DNA of 64,000 nt from Candidatus Berkelbacteria bacterium. GTDB lineage: Bacteria > Patescibacteriota > UBA1384 > JACPKC01. The stretch is taken from NCBI GenBank assembly GCA_016187225.1, contig JACPKC010000010.1, positions 234,283 to 298,282 on the forward strand. Direction: 5' to 3'. The position numbers and the translations under genes were made by a program. This document shows positions 50,612 to 60,315 of the stretch, one piece after another. The notes below the pieces were generated by a model. The model was not told where the DNA came from and searched no databases. It saw only the letters and a program-made list of their open reading frames with translations. The first letter of the stretch is position 1; each line of letters starts with the position of its first letter.

Positions 50612-53089
50612 TTATAGCACGCCCAAAATGTCGCTTAGATATTTTCCCGTAATTGATGCTTTATTTTTTGAGAGCTGTTTTGGTGTGCCTTCAGCCACAA
50701 TCTGCCCACCCATGGCTCCGCCTCCTGGCCCGAGATCGATCACCCAATCTGCGCATTTAATGACGTCGAGATTATGCTCGATCACCAAAACAGTATTCCC
50801 TTTATCGACTAAAGCCTGTAAAACGCGGAGTAAAAGCGCAATGTCTTCAAAATGCAAACCGGTTGTCGGCTCATCGAGAATATACAAAGTTGAACCTGAA
50901 GAATGCCGTGCGAGTTCCGTAGCAAGTTTGATTCTTTGCGCTTCGCCGCCAGAAAGAGTAGTGGCTGGCTGACCTAGTATCAAATAGCCTAGGCCAACGG
51001 CCGCCAAAACATCGAGTTTGCCAGCGATTGTCGGCTGATCAGCAAAAAAGTCACAAGCAGTCTTAACGGTCATGGTTAACACTTCAGCGATATTCCTGCC
51101 CCGGTAAAGCACATCGAGAATTTCCTGCTTAAAACGCGTACCCCGACACGTTTCGCAAACAACATAGACGTCTGGCAAAAAGTGCATCTCGTGGCGGATC
51201 GAACCTTCCCCACGGCAAACTTCACACCGTCCACCGCGGACGTTAAAGCTAAAATGGCCGGCGCTTATCCGACGCTTTTGAGCAAGCTCCGTGGAGACAA
51301 AAAGGTCGCGGATCGCGCCAAAGACATTTGTATAAGTTGCTGGGTTAGAACGCGGCGTCCGACCAATTGGCGACTGATCGACACTAATCACTTTATTAAG
51401 ATTCTCAAGGCCTGTGATTTTTTGATGGATGCCTGGCTCGGCTAAGGCGCGGTGATAATGTTTAGCAAGGGCCACCGCCAAAGTGTCTTGTACAAGTGTT
51501 GACTTGCCAGATCCCGAAACTCCGGTAACGCATATCAATGCTTTAAGCGGAACTTTCACCGTAATATCCTTGAGATTAAAATTTTTTGCTCCAATAATTT
51601 CGAGATACGCGCTCGTTTTGACCTGCCTTTTAGTTGGAATTTTAATCATTTTCTCACCTCGCAAATATTGAGCGGTTAAAGAATTTTTTGACACGAGAAA
51701 ATCATCAGGCTTACCTTCGGCGACTAACTGCCCACCCTCTTTGCCAGCTCCAGGCCCGATGTCGATTAAATAATCGGCCGCTCGGATAATCTGCTCGTCA
51801 TGCTCAACAATGATTAAGGTGTTGCCTAGATCTCTTAATTCTTTTAAGATTTGAATTAATAGATTGATGTCTTGAGGATGCAAGCCTATCGAAGGCTCAT
51901 CGAGCACATAGAGAACGCCTGTTAGCCCCGACCCGAGTTGCGTCGCGAGTCTAATTCGTTGCGCTTCGCCGCCAGCTAGGGTTTCTGCTCCTCGGTCAAG
52001 TGTTAGGTAGCCTAAGCCAACTTTTGTTAAATACTGAAGTCGCAAATTCATTTCGCGCAAAATATTTTCAGCCAAGACTTGCTCGGTCTGATTAAGCGTT
52101 GGAATTAAATTTTGGAAAAATTTCAAAGTCTCGCTGATTGTTAGCTGGGCGACTTGGTTGATCGTTAAACCACCAACCCGCACGCATAGTGCCTCATTTT
52201 TTAGACGTTGTCCTTTGCAAGTCGGGCAAAGCCGTTTGACCATATATTTCTCAATTTCAGTTCGAACGTAGGCTGAATCGGTATTCATATAACGTTCGTT
52301 AATAATTTGTATTATGCCCGGGAAATCTTGCCCGTCGCCAAACAATAATGTTTGTCGTTGCAGAACCGTTAAATTGCCAACTGGGGCATTGACTGGAATA
52401 TGAGTAGTGATTTTAATCTGTTTAAGCACCTTCTCAATGCCCTGTCCGTTATTACTCAAACGCACCCATGGGCGAATCGCTCCCTCTTCTAAAGTTAGAC
52501 GTGGATTTGGCAAAATGCGCTCAAGATCAAGCTCGGATCGTTGCCCGAGTCCGCGACACTCATGGCATGCCCCTTGAGGGTTATTGAATGAAAATAAACC
52601 AAGCGTTAATTCAGGAAAATTTTTCTGGCAATTTAGACAGTTCAAACCTGGTTTGTTTGACTCTGGCAAGATAATTTTTTTTAACTCTGCAAGGCAGGTC
52701 GGACAATTAGCCTTGCCAAGGCGCGTAAAAAGCAAGCGCAAGTAGTCGTAAATTTCACTCATTGTTCCAACTGTCGAGCGCGGCGAACGGGTAGTGTTTT
52801 TTTGATCAATTGCAATCGCTGGAACGAGTCCGCTAATCAAGTCAACGTCGGGTTTTTCCAACGTGCCAAAAAGATGCTTGGCATAAGACGAAAGCGACTC
52901 GACATAGCGCCGCTGACCCTCAGCGTAGATTGTGTCAAATGCGAGAGAAGATTTACCCGACCCGGAGAGACCGGTGATGACGGTAATCTTGTTACGTGGT
53001 ATACGAACGTGAATATTTTGCAGATTATGGACTCTCGCCCCTTGGACGACAATTGAATCATTGGGAGTTGGGTTTTGGGGGTTAATCAT
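50612..53089 (-). CDS. uvrA: Excinuclease ABC subunit UvrA (short form)
   Basis: [23 protein letters not shown], two ABC signatures, zinc fingers; 825 aa. Confidence 0.95.
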   Translation of the reverse strand: MINPQNPTPNDSIVVQGARVHNLQNIHVRIPRNKITVITGLSGSGKSSLAFDTIYAEGQRRYVESLSSYAKHLFGTLEKPDVDLISGLVPAIAIDQKNTTRSPRSTVGTMSEIYDYLRLLFTRLGKANCPTCLAELKKIILPESNKPGLNCLNCQKNFPELTLGLFSFNNPQGACHECRGLGQRSELDLERILPNPRLTLEEGAIRPWVRLSNNGQGIEKVLKQIKITTHIPVNAPVGNLTVLQRQTLLFGDGQDFPGIIQIINERYMNTDSAYVRTEIEKYMVKRLCPTCKGQRLKNEALCVRVGGLTINQVAQLTISETLKFFQNLIPTLNQTEQVLAENILREMNLRLQYLTKVGLGYLTLDRGAETLAGGEAQRIRLATQLGSGLTGVLYVLDEPSIGLHPQDINLLIQILKELRDLGNTLIIVEHDEQIIRAADYLIDIGPGAGKEGGQLVAEGKPDDFLVSKNSLTAQYLRGEKMIKIPTKRQVKTSAYLEIIGAKNFNLKDITVKVPLKALICVTGVSGSGKSTLVQDTLAVALAKHYHRALAEPGIHQKITGLENLNKVISVDQSPIGRTPRSNPATYTNVFGAIRDLFVSTELAQKRRISAGHFSFNVRGGRCEVCRGEGSIRHEMHFLPDVYVVCETCRGTRFKQEILDVLYRGRNIAEVLTMTVKTACDFFADQPTIAGKLDVLAAVGLGYLILGQPATTLSGGEAQRIKLATELARHSSGSTLYILDEPTTGLHFEDIALLLRVLQALVDKGNTVLVIEHNLDVIKCADWVIDLGPGGGAMGGQIVAEGTPKQLSKNKASITGKYLSDILGVL

Positions 53090-53215
53090 AAGATCGTACT
53101 CGCGGAATTGTCGGGTGAGAGTGTAGCGAATCCATTCCCCTCTTGCAACCGTTTACTCCCTTCTGTATTCTAATAATTATCTTATCAGCGGCGACATTGA
53201 GGGGAAGGAGAATCG

Positions 53216-53689
53216 ATGTTTGATGGCGCAACGCAGGATAGTGCGGTTGGAGGCCCAGGAACTGTTGTGGGCGCGAATGTTAAGCTGACTGGCACCTTAA
53301 GCGATGTAAACGACATTATTGTCCATGGTACGGTTGAAGGTGAGATAATTTCAGATAAGACCGTCACGATCAGTGAGACTGCCTCTGTGAAAGGACCTGT
53401 CACAGCTCAAATGGTGAGTGTTTCAGGTAAAGTCCAAGGTGGAATTACCGCTCACCAAAAACTTGAGCTACTCCCAACGGCCAATGTTGGTGGAGCAATC
53501 ACAACTAAAGAGCTTCTCATTAAACCCGGGGCAACTTTTAACGGCAAGAGCACCATGACGGGTGAAGGCGCTCCCTTAGCCAAAACTGAAGAAGTAAAAA
53601 AACAAGATTTACCGGAACAGCCAAAAGAAAAATTACCGGAAAAAGCAGAAATTCTGGGCGCGGCGCCAACTTTTGAACTCGAAGAGTAA
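53216..53689 (+). CDS. Bactofilin (polymer-forming cytoskeletal protein)
   Basis: TVVGANVKLTGTL...VHGTVEGEI...GATFNGKSTM beta-helix repeats. Confidence 0.9.
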   Translation: MFDGATQDSAVGGPGTVVGANVKLTGTLSDVNDIIVHGTVEGEIISDKTVTISETASVKGPVTAQMVSVSGKVQGGITAHQKLELLPTANVGGAITTKELLIKPGATFNGKSTMTGEGAPLAKTEEVKKQDLPEQPKEKLPEKAEILGAAPTFELEE

Positions 53690-53712
53690 GTCGACGATGT
53701 CTTCAGCCTCGG

Positions 53713-54498
53713 ATGTACTACTACATTACAGAAGCACCGCGCTCGCGAGATGACCATCGTGCACTTGAACGAGCTCGAGAGCTTCTCACTCTTCTTGGAA
53801 TAGCGGGCGAGTTTGTTACAGCTTCGCCAACTCGATCAGTGGCGGAATTAGCTGAACTTGGCGCCGCTAAGCGTTACTCGACAATCGTTGCGATTGGGTC
53901 AGAGCGTCTGATTAACGAGGTCGCTACGTTATTAGCCGGAACGCCGTATGTTTTTGGCGCTTTGCCATTGCAAAATCCAGTCTCGCTTGAACTTGTGACC
54001 GGCATTACGACGCTTGAAGAAGCGGCGGAAGCGCTTAAATATCGCCGTGTTAAACTGACCTCAATTGCTCGCATTGAACCCAATAAGTTTTTTGTCACCG
54101 AGATTAAAATCGCGATTGCACAAGCAACGCCCATCCATCTTGCAATTGATGATGCCTCAATTGAAACCAACTGTAGTGACATTCGGTTAGCTGGCTCCGG
54201 TACAATTTTTTTGCGTAATCGTTTTGGCGATCGTGGCAAGAGATCTTTTCTCAACTGGCTTTTCGGCGGTAAAAAAGAAGAGACTGGTTACACTTCGCGT
54301 TTTCGAGGTTCAAAAATTTCAATCGAAATGGATGGTACTTATCCCGTTTACCTTGGCAGTGAGGTGATCGCTAAAACCCCATTGGCAATTCAAGTTTTTC
54401 CCAGAAGCTTGAAAATGATCACTCGACGTGATAGAGTTTCGCCACCTATAATAAGAGAAACTGAACGGAGGCCACAATTCTCGACGACAAACGGGTGA
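53713..54498 (+). CDS. Diacylglycerol-kinase-like (DAGKc fold) protein, degenerate
   Basis: TIVAIGSERLINEVA replaces the GGDGTxNEV motif; FGALP; C-terminal TPLAIQVFP. Confidence 0.6.
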   Translation: MYYYITEAPRSRDDHRALERARELLTLLGIAGEFVTASPTRSVAELAELGAAKRYSTIVAIGSERLINEVATLLAGTPYVFGALPLQNPVSLELVTGITTLEEAAEALKYRRVKLTSIARIEPNKFFVTEIKIAIAQATPIHLAIDDASIETNCSDIRLAGSGTIFLRNRFGDRGKRSFLNWLFGGKKEETGYTSRFRGSKISIEMDGTYPVYLGSEVIAKTPLAIQVFPRSLKMITRRDRVSPPIIRETERRPQFSTTNG

Positions 54499-54971
54499 AT
54501 GAGGCGATTATTGCGCCGGAAGTAGTTCTGATCGATCGAACAGGTAAAAATCTCGGCGGAATGTCGCGCGAACAAGCGTTTTTTCTAGCTCACGAGCAGG
54601 GCCTCGATCTTGTTGAGGTCAGTGGACAAGCGACGCCTCCTGTTATAAGAATTCTCGATTTCGGTAAAGAGCGCTACGATCGTGAAAAGCGAACTCGGAA
54701 ACAGCGCGCCAAGCAAAAATCAGGCGAGATGAAGGAAATAAAATTAAGTTTTCTAATGAGTGAGCACGACTTTCAGACCCGAATTCGTCAAGCGGAAAAA
54801 TTTATTGCGCGAGGAGATCAGATTAAACTCGGTATGCGCCTGGTCGGTCGAGAAAACGCCTTCGCCGAACAAGCTAAGGAGAAATTTATCCGCTTTGCTG
54901 AAATTCTAAAACTCAAAGTACCCAACATTACCAAGCAAGGGAATCGTCTCTCGGCAATCTTAACTCGATAA
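54477..54971 (+). CDS. infC: Translation initiation factor IF-3 (ATT start)
   Basis: VNEAIIAPEV.LID, GLDLVEVS, KEIKL; in-frame ATT at 54477 five nt after GGAGG. Confidence 0.95.
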   Translation: MLDDKRVNEAIIAPEVVLIDRTGKNLGGMSREQAFFLAHEQGLDLVEVSGQATPPVIRILDFGKERYDREKRTRKQRAKQKSGEMKEIKLSFLMSEHDFQTRIRQAEKFIARGDQIKLGMRLVGRENAFAEQAKEKFIRFAEILKLKVPNITKQGNRLSAILTR

Positions 54972-55020
54972 ATCAGGTTGAATTATTAGGAAAGATCCGA
55001 TAAAATTTCAAACAATAATC

Positions 55021-55224
55021 ATGCCTAAGCTTAAAACTCATAAAGCGGCTTCTAAAAGGATTCTAAAGCGCACCCAAAGCGGTGTGTTTATGGCGCGAGC
55101 AATGAGCGCCCAACATCTAACTGGCGGCAAGGCGGCGCGAGTGAGTCAGAATGCCCGACATGTTCGAGCGCTTTCGCGCGCGAATAAGAAGAATCTAACG
55201 AAACTCTTGCCCTATTTGAGGTAA
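55021..55224 (+). CDS. rpmI: 50S ribosomal protein L35
   Basis: MPKLKTHKAASKR...LLPY; between infC and rplT. Confidence 0.95.
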   Translation: MPKLKTHKAASKRILKRTQSGVFMARAMSAQHLTGGKAARVSQNARHVRALSRANKKNLTKLLPYLR

Positions 55225-55226
55225 TT

Positions 55227-55577
55227 ATGGCCCGTGTTAAACGAGGAATTCAGGTTCGCAAACGTCACAAAAATCTCCTTAAGCGCACTAAGGGTTTTCT
55301 TCAGGGTCGAAAAAATCTTGTTAAAGTGGCTCGTCAGGCAAGTGTGCGGGCAATGCATAATGCGTATCGAGATCGGCGTGTTAAAAAACGAGAGTTTCGT
55401 GCGCTTTGGATTATTCGTCTCAATGCCGCTCTCCGTCAGCATGAACTAACCTATTCAAAATTTATTCCTCTCATGAAAAAAGCGGAGTTAAACCTAAATC
55501 GTAAGGTACTTTCTGAACTCGCCTCTAGTCATCCAGAAGAGTTTCAAGCCTTGCTAAAGCGCATTCTGAATACATGA
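55227..55577 (+). CDS. rplT: 50S ribosomal protein L20
   Basis: MARVKRG, AYRDRRVKKREFRALWIIRLNAA. Confidence 0.98.
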   Translation: MARVKRGIQVRKRHKNLLKRTKGFLQGRKNLVKVARQASVRAMHNAYRDRRVKKREFRALWIIRLNAALRQHELTYSKFIPLMKKAELNLNRKVLSELASSHPEEFQALLKRILNT

Positions 55578-55720
55578 GTGAAAAACCATTTATTTCGGGA
55601 ATTCCAGCTGATTATTTAGACTTACTGCAAGAATTGGAGCGCCGCGAAGCAAAGAGTGTTTCAAAACCAAGAGTGAGCGACATTCTCGGACAAGGTCGGT
55701 TAAACTTAGATGTTGTATGA
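55574..55720 (+). CDS. Putative 48-aa small protein coupled to rplT
   Basis: ATGA overlap with rplT stop; MSEKPFISGIPADYLDLLQELERREAKSVSKPRVSDILGQGRLNLDVV*; fills the gap to lspA. Confidence 0.45.
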   Translation: MSEKPFISGIPADYLDLLQELERREAKSVSKPRVSDILGQGRLNLDVV

Positions 55721-55721
55721 T

Positions 55722-56114
55722 CTATACAGACCGCTTGCGAAAATGAATCAGCGTTAGAATGCCTAAACCCGTTAAAATCGCAAGATCGGCAAGATTAAAG
55801 AACGGCAACCAATCCCCAAGCGTAAACGGGTCGATAACCGCCCCGACCCGCACTCGATCGACTAAATTACTCATCAACCCAGCCAAGATGAAGCTGTACC
55901 CTAACCTGGAAGTTTTGTTCTGATCTCGATGAGTGATCTGTAAAACCATCACCCCCAGAATCCCAGCGCCAATCAACCCAAGGATAAGGGCGGGCTTTGA
56001 ATTAAATGCACCAAAGGCGATCCCGGAATTCAAAACTGCTTGCTCAAAAAGTAAAATTTTGGTGCCTTGGTCTGCTAAAATAATGGCAAAAATAATTAAA
56101 AGAAACATAAACAT
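55722..56114 (-). CDS. lspA: Lipoprotein signal peptidase II
   Basis: DQGTK, NSGIAFG, SNLVDR, GAVID, FNLAD. Confidence 0.92.
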   Translation of the reverse strand: MFMFLLIIFAIILADQGTKILLFEQAVLNSGIAFGAFNSKPALILGLIGAGILGVMVLQITHRDQNKTSRLGYSFILAGLMSNLVDRVRVGAVIDPFTLGDWLPFFNLADLAILTGLGILTLIHFRKRSV

Positions 56115-56116
56115 TT

Positions 56117-56193
56117 GGTCGTATAGCTCAGTTGGTTAGAGCGTTGCGTTCACATCGCAAAGGCCCCTGGTTCGAGTCCAGGTACGACCACCA
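56117..56193 (+). tRNA. tRNA-Val(CAC)
   Basis: GGTCGTATAGCTCAGTTGGTTAGAGCGTTGCGTTCACATCGCAAAGGCCCCTGGTTCGAGTCCAGGTACGACCACCA. Confidence 0.96.
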
Positions 56194-56196
56194 TCA

Positions 56197-56511
56197 TCAC
56201 TGTTGATTTTGATAACTTGCTTCGAGTTTTGCGATAAAATTTTCAATTTCATTATTACCAACATCCTTAACGCGTAAACTTCCCTCAATGGGGGTACTCA
56301 AGGCGAAACCGTGAAAAGCTGCCGACTGGTGATATTCTGGAAAGTTTTGTGCCAATTTAACTCTAAATTCTGAACATGCTTCAAGAAAATCCTCGATTTG
56401 ATTATCATTGAGTTTATTTTGAAGTCGAATAATACGATTTTTAATCTCATTATAAAAAGATAGAAGTTCAGTCTGACTATATTCTTGCTGTTCACCGTGT
56501 TCTTTTGACAT
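56197..56511 (-). CDS. Hypothetical protein (AT-rich)
   Basis: 104-aa ORF with AGGTGG RBS; no recognised motif. Confidence 0.55.
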   Translation of the reverse strand: MSKEHGEQQEYSQTELLSFYNEIKNRIIRLQNKLNDNQIEDFLEACSEFRVKLAQNFPEYHQSAAFHGFALSTPIEGSLRVKDVGNNEIENFIAKLEASYQNQQ

Positions 56512-56573
56512 AATTTTCCACCTATTTACAAAATGAATTCTTAATTTCTAAATTCTACGCTATACTAAAAGTT

Positions 56574-57152
56574 ATGAGAACAATACCGTCGCCTTATACT
56601 GGCAAATCGCCGGAATCAGCCTATGAAACACTTCGAACGATAGTGCTTGTATTGTTAGCGGCATTTTTGGTACGATCTTTTATCGCCCAACCATTTGTGG
56701 TGCAAGGTCGAAGCATGGAGCCAACTTTTCATCATCAAGATTACTTGGTTGTCGATAAGATTACTTACCGTCTTAAGAACCCTCGGAGAGGTGATATTAT
56801 TGTTTTTAAATCGCCCGAAGAGCCAACGCAGAATTACATTAAACGCATTATCGGCCTACCCGGAGAAACGGTGATCGTCAAAAATGAGACTATCACCATT
56901 AATGGTCAAACTCTCAACGAACCTTATATTGAAACGATCACTGCTCAAGATAAACTCACTCGCTCTCCCAGTACGTTTTTAATGGAGCAAACACTCAATG
57001 AAAATGAGTATTTCGTTATGGGTGATAATCGCGATCATTCATCTGATTCACGACGCTGGGGACCTTTGCCGGAGCAGAATATTTTAGGTCGTGCGATGGT
57101 TACTGTTTTACCTTTTTCTGATTTCGAGCTCCTGAAAACCCCTGATTATTGA
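56574..57152 (+). CDS. lepB: Signal peptidase I
   Basis: GRSMEPT, YIKRIIGLPG, GDNRDHSSDSR. Confidence 0.96.
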   Translation: MRTIPSPYTGKSPESAYETLRTIVLVLLAAFLVRSFIAQPFVVQGRSMEPTFHHQDYLVVDKITYRLKNPRRGDIIVFKSPEEPTQNYIKRIIGLPGETVIVKNETITINGQTLNEPYIETITAQDKLTRSPSTFLMEQTLNENEYFVMGDNRDHSSDSRRWGPLPEQNILGRAMVTVLPFSDFELLKTPDY

Positions 57153-58660
57153 TGAGTTACGTAGATGTCGTTGTGGATCGGCCTGGACAGGATATTTTTA
57201 GCTATCGACTCACACCGGAAACATTCTTAAACTCCCGGCCAGGAACCTTAGTCGAGATTTCACTTGGCAATCGAAAGCTTCCGGGTGTGATTTGGCGATT
57301 ACGTAAAACAGTTAAAGCCGAAATTAGGGGCAAGCTTCGGCCGCTTAATCGCATTCTTTCTGAAGGCGTCTGGGTACCTAATATCTCGCGCCTAATCGCT
57401 TTAGCGCTCGCCGAATATTCAGGAGAATCAATTGGCGTTTGTCTTTTTCGCCTTCTACCTTCAATAGCGAAACGCAAATTTTTGGCACTTCGACCAAGTT
57501 TTCCGCATACACAGATCGGCAAACGCTTCCACTGCTATGGAATTCGTCAAGAACGCTATCGGCAATATCAAATGCTTATTGAAAAATCTCTGTGCGCCAA
57601 TCGACAGACGCTTTTGATTGCGCCGCGGGAACAGCACCCAGCGCTTTTTAGTCAGCTCATGTCTCTTGCGCCACAGATTGAGGCTGTAACAGGTGATTTA
57701 ACGCCCACTAAACAACGTCAAATTGCTACCGCTTTCTCGGCTGGCCTGCTCCCAATTCTAATCGGTACGCGGCATATCGTCGGCTGGCCTGCCTACTCGC
57801 TGGGCTTGATTATTGTTGAAGACGCCTACCATCAAGGTCATACCGACGATCAGCGACCATATCTAGATTCGGCTACTATTGCTTATGTTCGCGCTTTAAG
57901 TCAGGGCGCAAACTGTCTGCTTGGCGCTTCTCTGCCGACACCCGCCCTCATTTTAGCCGAACAAAACGCGATCGCCAGTCGCATTCAAAGTCGCACTCCC
58001 GCTTTACTCGCCTCTGTAAACTATCTCCATGCCCAAGGCGGTTTAGCGTTAAGTAACCAAGTCTGGGAAATAATTGAAATCATGGCGCGCGAAAACAAGT
58101 TGGTTCTCATCATTACTCCACGCGGCGAGGAAGATAAGAGTAGTTTCAGTGTTAAGGCTTTGCGCAAACGTCTTTTTGAACGTTTACCGAAAGCCAAAAA
58201 TTTCACCGTCGCAACAGAAAAAATTCTTGATTCCGGCCAAAACTTTCAGTCAATTATTTTTGTCGCGGCCGACTCACCGCTCTTGTCGCCAGAACTCGAT
58301 CGTCCGTGGCGTTATCTCATGAAGATCCAAGAAGCGCGCGCGCTAACTAATCAGGTTTATATTGAAACCTCGCATCCGGAACTAATTTACTGGCAAATTT
58401 TTGGCAGGGATCAGACAACAATTTGGCAGACGCTCCTTACGGAACGTCGACAGTTAAATCTGCCTCCATTTACTCGAAAGCTTACCTTTTTTGACCCAGT
58501 AAAAAATATCTCTAAAACACATCATCTCCCCGAGAAAGATTTTCTATCCGCACGTGAGAAACTAAAAAACCAACTTCCGCGTTCGGTGCAGATTAAAACT
58601 GATTCAATTCTCGATCATGCATTTCAGCCTGCCATTCCCACGCGCGCCTTGCTAAAATAA
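57149..58660 (+). CDS. priA: Primosomal protein N' (PriA)-like, degenerate helicase
   Basis: N-terminal 3'-DNA-binding pattern (FSY...PGTLVEISLG...GVIW), IGTR, LGLIIVED, LPPF; located before def-fmt. Confidence 0.7.
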   Translation: MMSYVDVVVDRPGQDIFSYRLTPETFLNSRPGTLVEISLGNRKLPGVIWRLRKTVKAEIRGKLRPLNRILSEGVWVPNISRLIALALAEYSGESIGVCLFRLLPSIAKRKFLALRPSFPHTQIGKRFHCYGIRQERYRQYQMLIEKSLCANRQTLLIAPREQHPALFSQLMSLAPQIEAVTGDLTPTKQRQIATAFSAGLLPILIGTRHIVGWPAYSLGLIIVEDAYHQGHTDDQRPYLDSATIAYVRALSQGANCLLGASLPTPALILAEQNAIASRIQSRTPALLASVNYLHAQGGLALSNQVWEIIEIMARENKLVLIITPRGEEDKSSFSVKALRKRLFERLPKAKNFTVATEKILDSGQNFQSIIFVAADSPLLSPELDRPWRYLMKIQEARALTNQVYIETSHPELIYWQIFGRDQTTIWQTLLTERRQLNLPPFTRKLTFFDPVKNISKTHHLPEKDFLSAREKLKNQLPRSVQIKTDSILDHAFQPAIPTRALLK

Positions 58661-58665
58661 ATTTG

Positions 58666-59808
58666 ATGCACATTGCGCTTGTCACAGAGGCTTTTTTACC
58701 GCTGAAAAATGGCGTTGTTAATGCTGTGCTTTTGATACACGATGAGTTGAAGCGCCAAGGTCACCAGGTCTCAATTATCGCACCTGCCACACCTGGAGTG
58801 CGCGTTCGCTTGCGGGGGTTACATTCTGTTCCCGCCTTACCTTTGCCGGGTCGATCAGGTTATTCGCTTTCATTTCCCCACTTGAGTCAACTCCACAAGC
58901 TTCTTGCGCGCGCTCATATCATTCATACACACCATCCTTTTACGCTTGGGCATTGGGCGCTCAAAATTGCTAAACGCGCGCATCGACCGCTAATCTTTAC
59001 AAATCATACTCAATACATGAACTACACTCATCACGTGCCAGTCATTGGCTCGATCCTCAAGGAGCCACTGGCAAAATATGTCACCGAATTTATCAATCAA
59101 TGCACGGTTGTTGTTGCGCCCGCCTTAAGTACCTTGAAAGCCCTCAAGGCCGACGGCATTACCGCACCCATTCAGCATGTGCCGAATGGAATCGATGTTG
59201 GTCATTTTGCCACCGGTGACGTTTTATATTTGAGCAAACGCCTAGCGCTTAAAATTGACACCCCTATTCTTTTGTACAGCGGGCGACTCTCCGAGGAAAA
59301 AAATCTTGAATTTCTAATTCGAACGATCGCGGCATTACCCGAACATCCGCATCTTGCGCTTGTTGGTGATGGGCCGCAACGTGCCGAATTAGAGATACTT
59401 GCCCATACCTTAAAAGCCAGTGAACGCATTCATTTTCTTGGAGCTATGCCCTACGAAAAAATGCCGCATGTCTATGCAGGCGCGACTTTTTTCGTGACCG
59501 CATCCAAAAGCGAGGTACATCCACTGACGGTTCTTGAGGCTTTTGCGGCTGGCTTACCAGCCGTTGTCTTCGATGCTCGCGGCACGGCTGATATTGTCGA
59601 AGATCATCGCACTGGTATTGTGTCGCGCCCAACCCACACAGCTTTCAGCGCTGGCATTCGCCAACTTTTACATCGTCCTGCTCTTCGCGAACAATACGGT
59701 AAAATGGCGCAAGCGGTGGCGAAGAAGCAATACTCCGTTAAAGCCACCACTCAACGGCTTTTGGATACCTATCGTCTCGCAATTCGCTTGGCGCACATCG
59801 ACGACTAG
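58666..59808 (+). CDS. Glycosyltransferase family 4 (monoglucosyl-diacylglycerol synthase-like)
   Basis: EAFLPLKNGV, HTHHPF, GRLSEEKN, SEVHPLTVLEAFAAG. Confidence 0.9.
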   Translation: MHIALVTEAFLPLKNGVVNAVLLIHDELKRQGHQVSIIAPATPGVRVRLRGLHSVPALPLPGRSGYSLSFPHLSQLHKLLARAHIIHTHHPFTLGHWALKIAKRAHRPLIFTNHTQYMNYTHHVPVIGSILKEPLAKYVTEFINQCTVVVAPALSTLKALKADGITAPIQHVPNGIDVGHFATGDVLYLSKRLALKIDTPILLYSGRLSEEKNLEFLIRTIAALPEHPHLALVGDGPQRAELEILAHTLKASERIHFLGAMPYEKMPHVYAGATFFVTASKSEVHPLTVLEAFAAGLPAVVFDARGTADIVEDHRTGIVSRPTHTAFSAGIRQLLHRPALREQYGKMAQAVAKKQYSVKATTQRLLDTYRLAIRLAHIDD

Positions 59809-59829
59809 GATATACTTTTAGTCCAAATT

Positions 59830-60294
59830 ATGCTGATTGATATTCTTACCTACCCGAATCCAATTCTTACAACACCCGCCAAAAAAGTGCCCCGAGTTGA
59901 CTCAAAAATCCAGGCGCTTGTTCAGGATATGATCGAAACGATGCGCGCTAACAAGGGTGTCGGTTTGGCCGCGCCTCAAGTTGGCCGCGCCTTGCGTTTA
60001 ATAGTGATTGAGTATCAGCCGGATCAAGATGACCCCAAAGCCGTGGCGATCCCGCTTCAAGTTTTAATCAATCCAAAAATTTTATCGAAAGATAACGGAG
60101 TCGAGAATGCAATCGAAGGTTGTCTATCGCTTCCAAATATAGAAGTTTCTGTGCCGAGATTTAAAAAAATCAAGGTGCGAGCCACAAATTTTGACAGTAA
60201 AATAATTCAATTTCGGGCACGTGATTTTCATGCCCGCATTCTTCAACATGAACTCGACCATCTCGATGGAAAACTCATCATTGATTACCAGTAG
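59830..60294 (+). CDS. def: Peptide deformylase
   Basis: GVGLAAPQVG, EGCLS, QHELDHL. Confidence 0.98.
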   Translation: MLIDILTYPNPILTTPAKKVPRVDSKIQALVQDMIETMRANKGVGLAAPQVGRALRLIVIEYQPDQDDPKAVAIPLQVLINPKILSKDNGVENAIEGCLSLPNIEVSVPRFKKIKVRATNFDSKIIQFRARDFHARILQHELDHLDGKLIIDYQ

Positions 60295-60315
60295 ACGTGT
60301 TCCCCAATAACCTTT

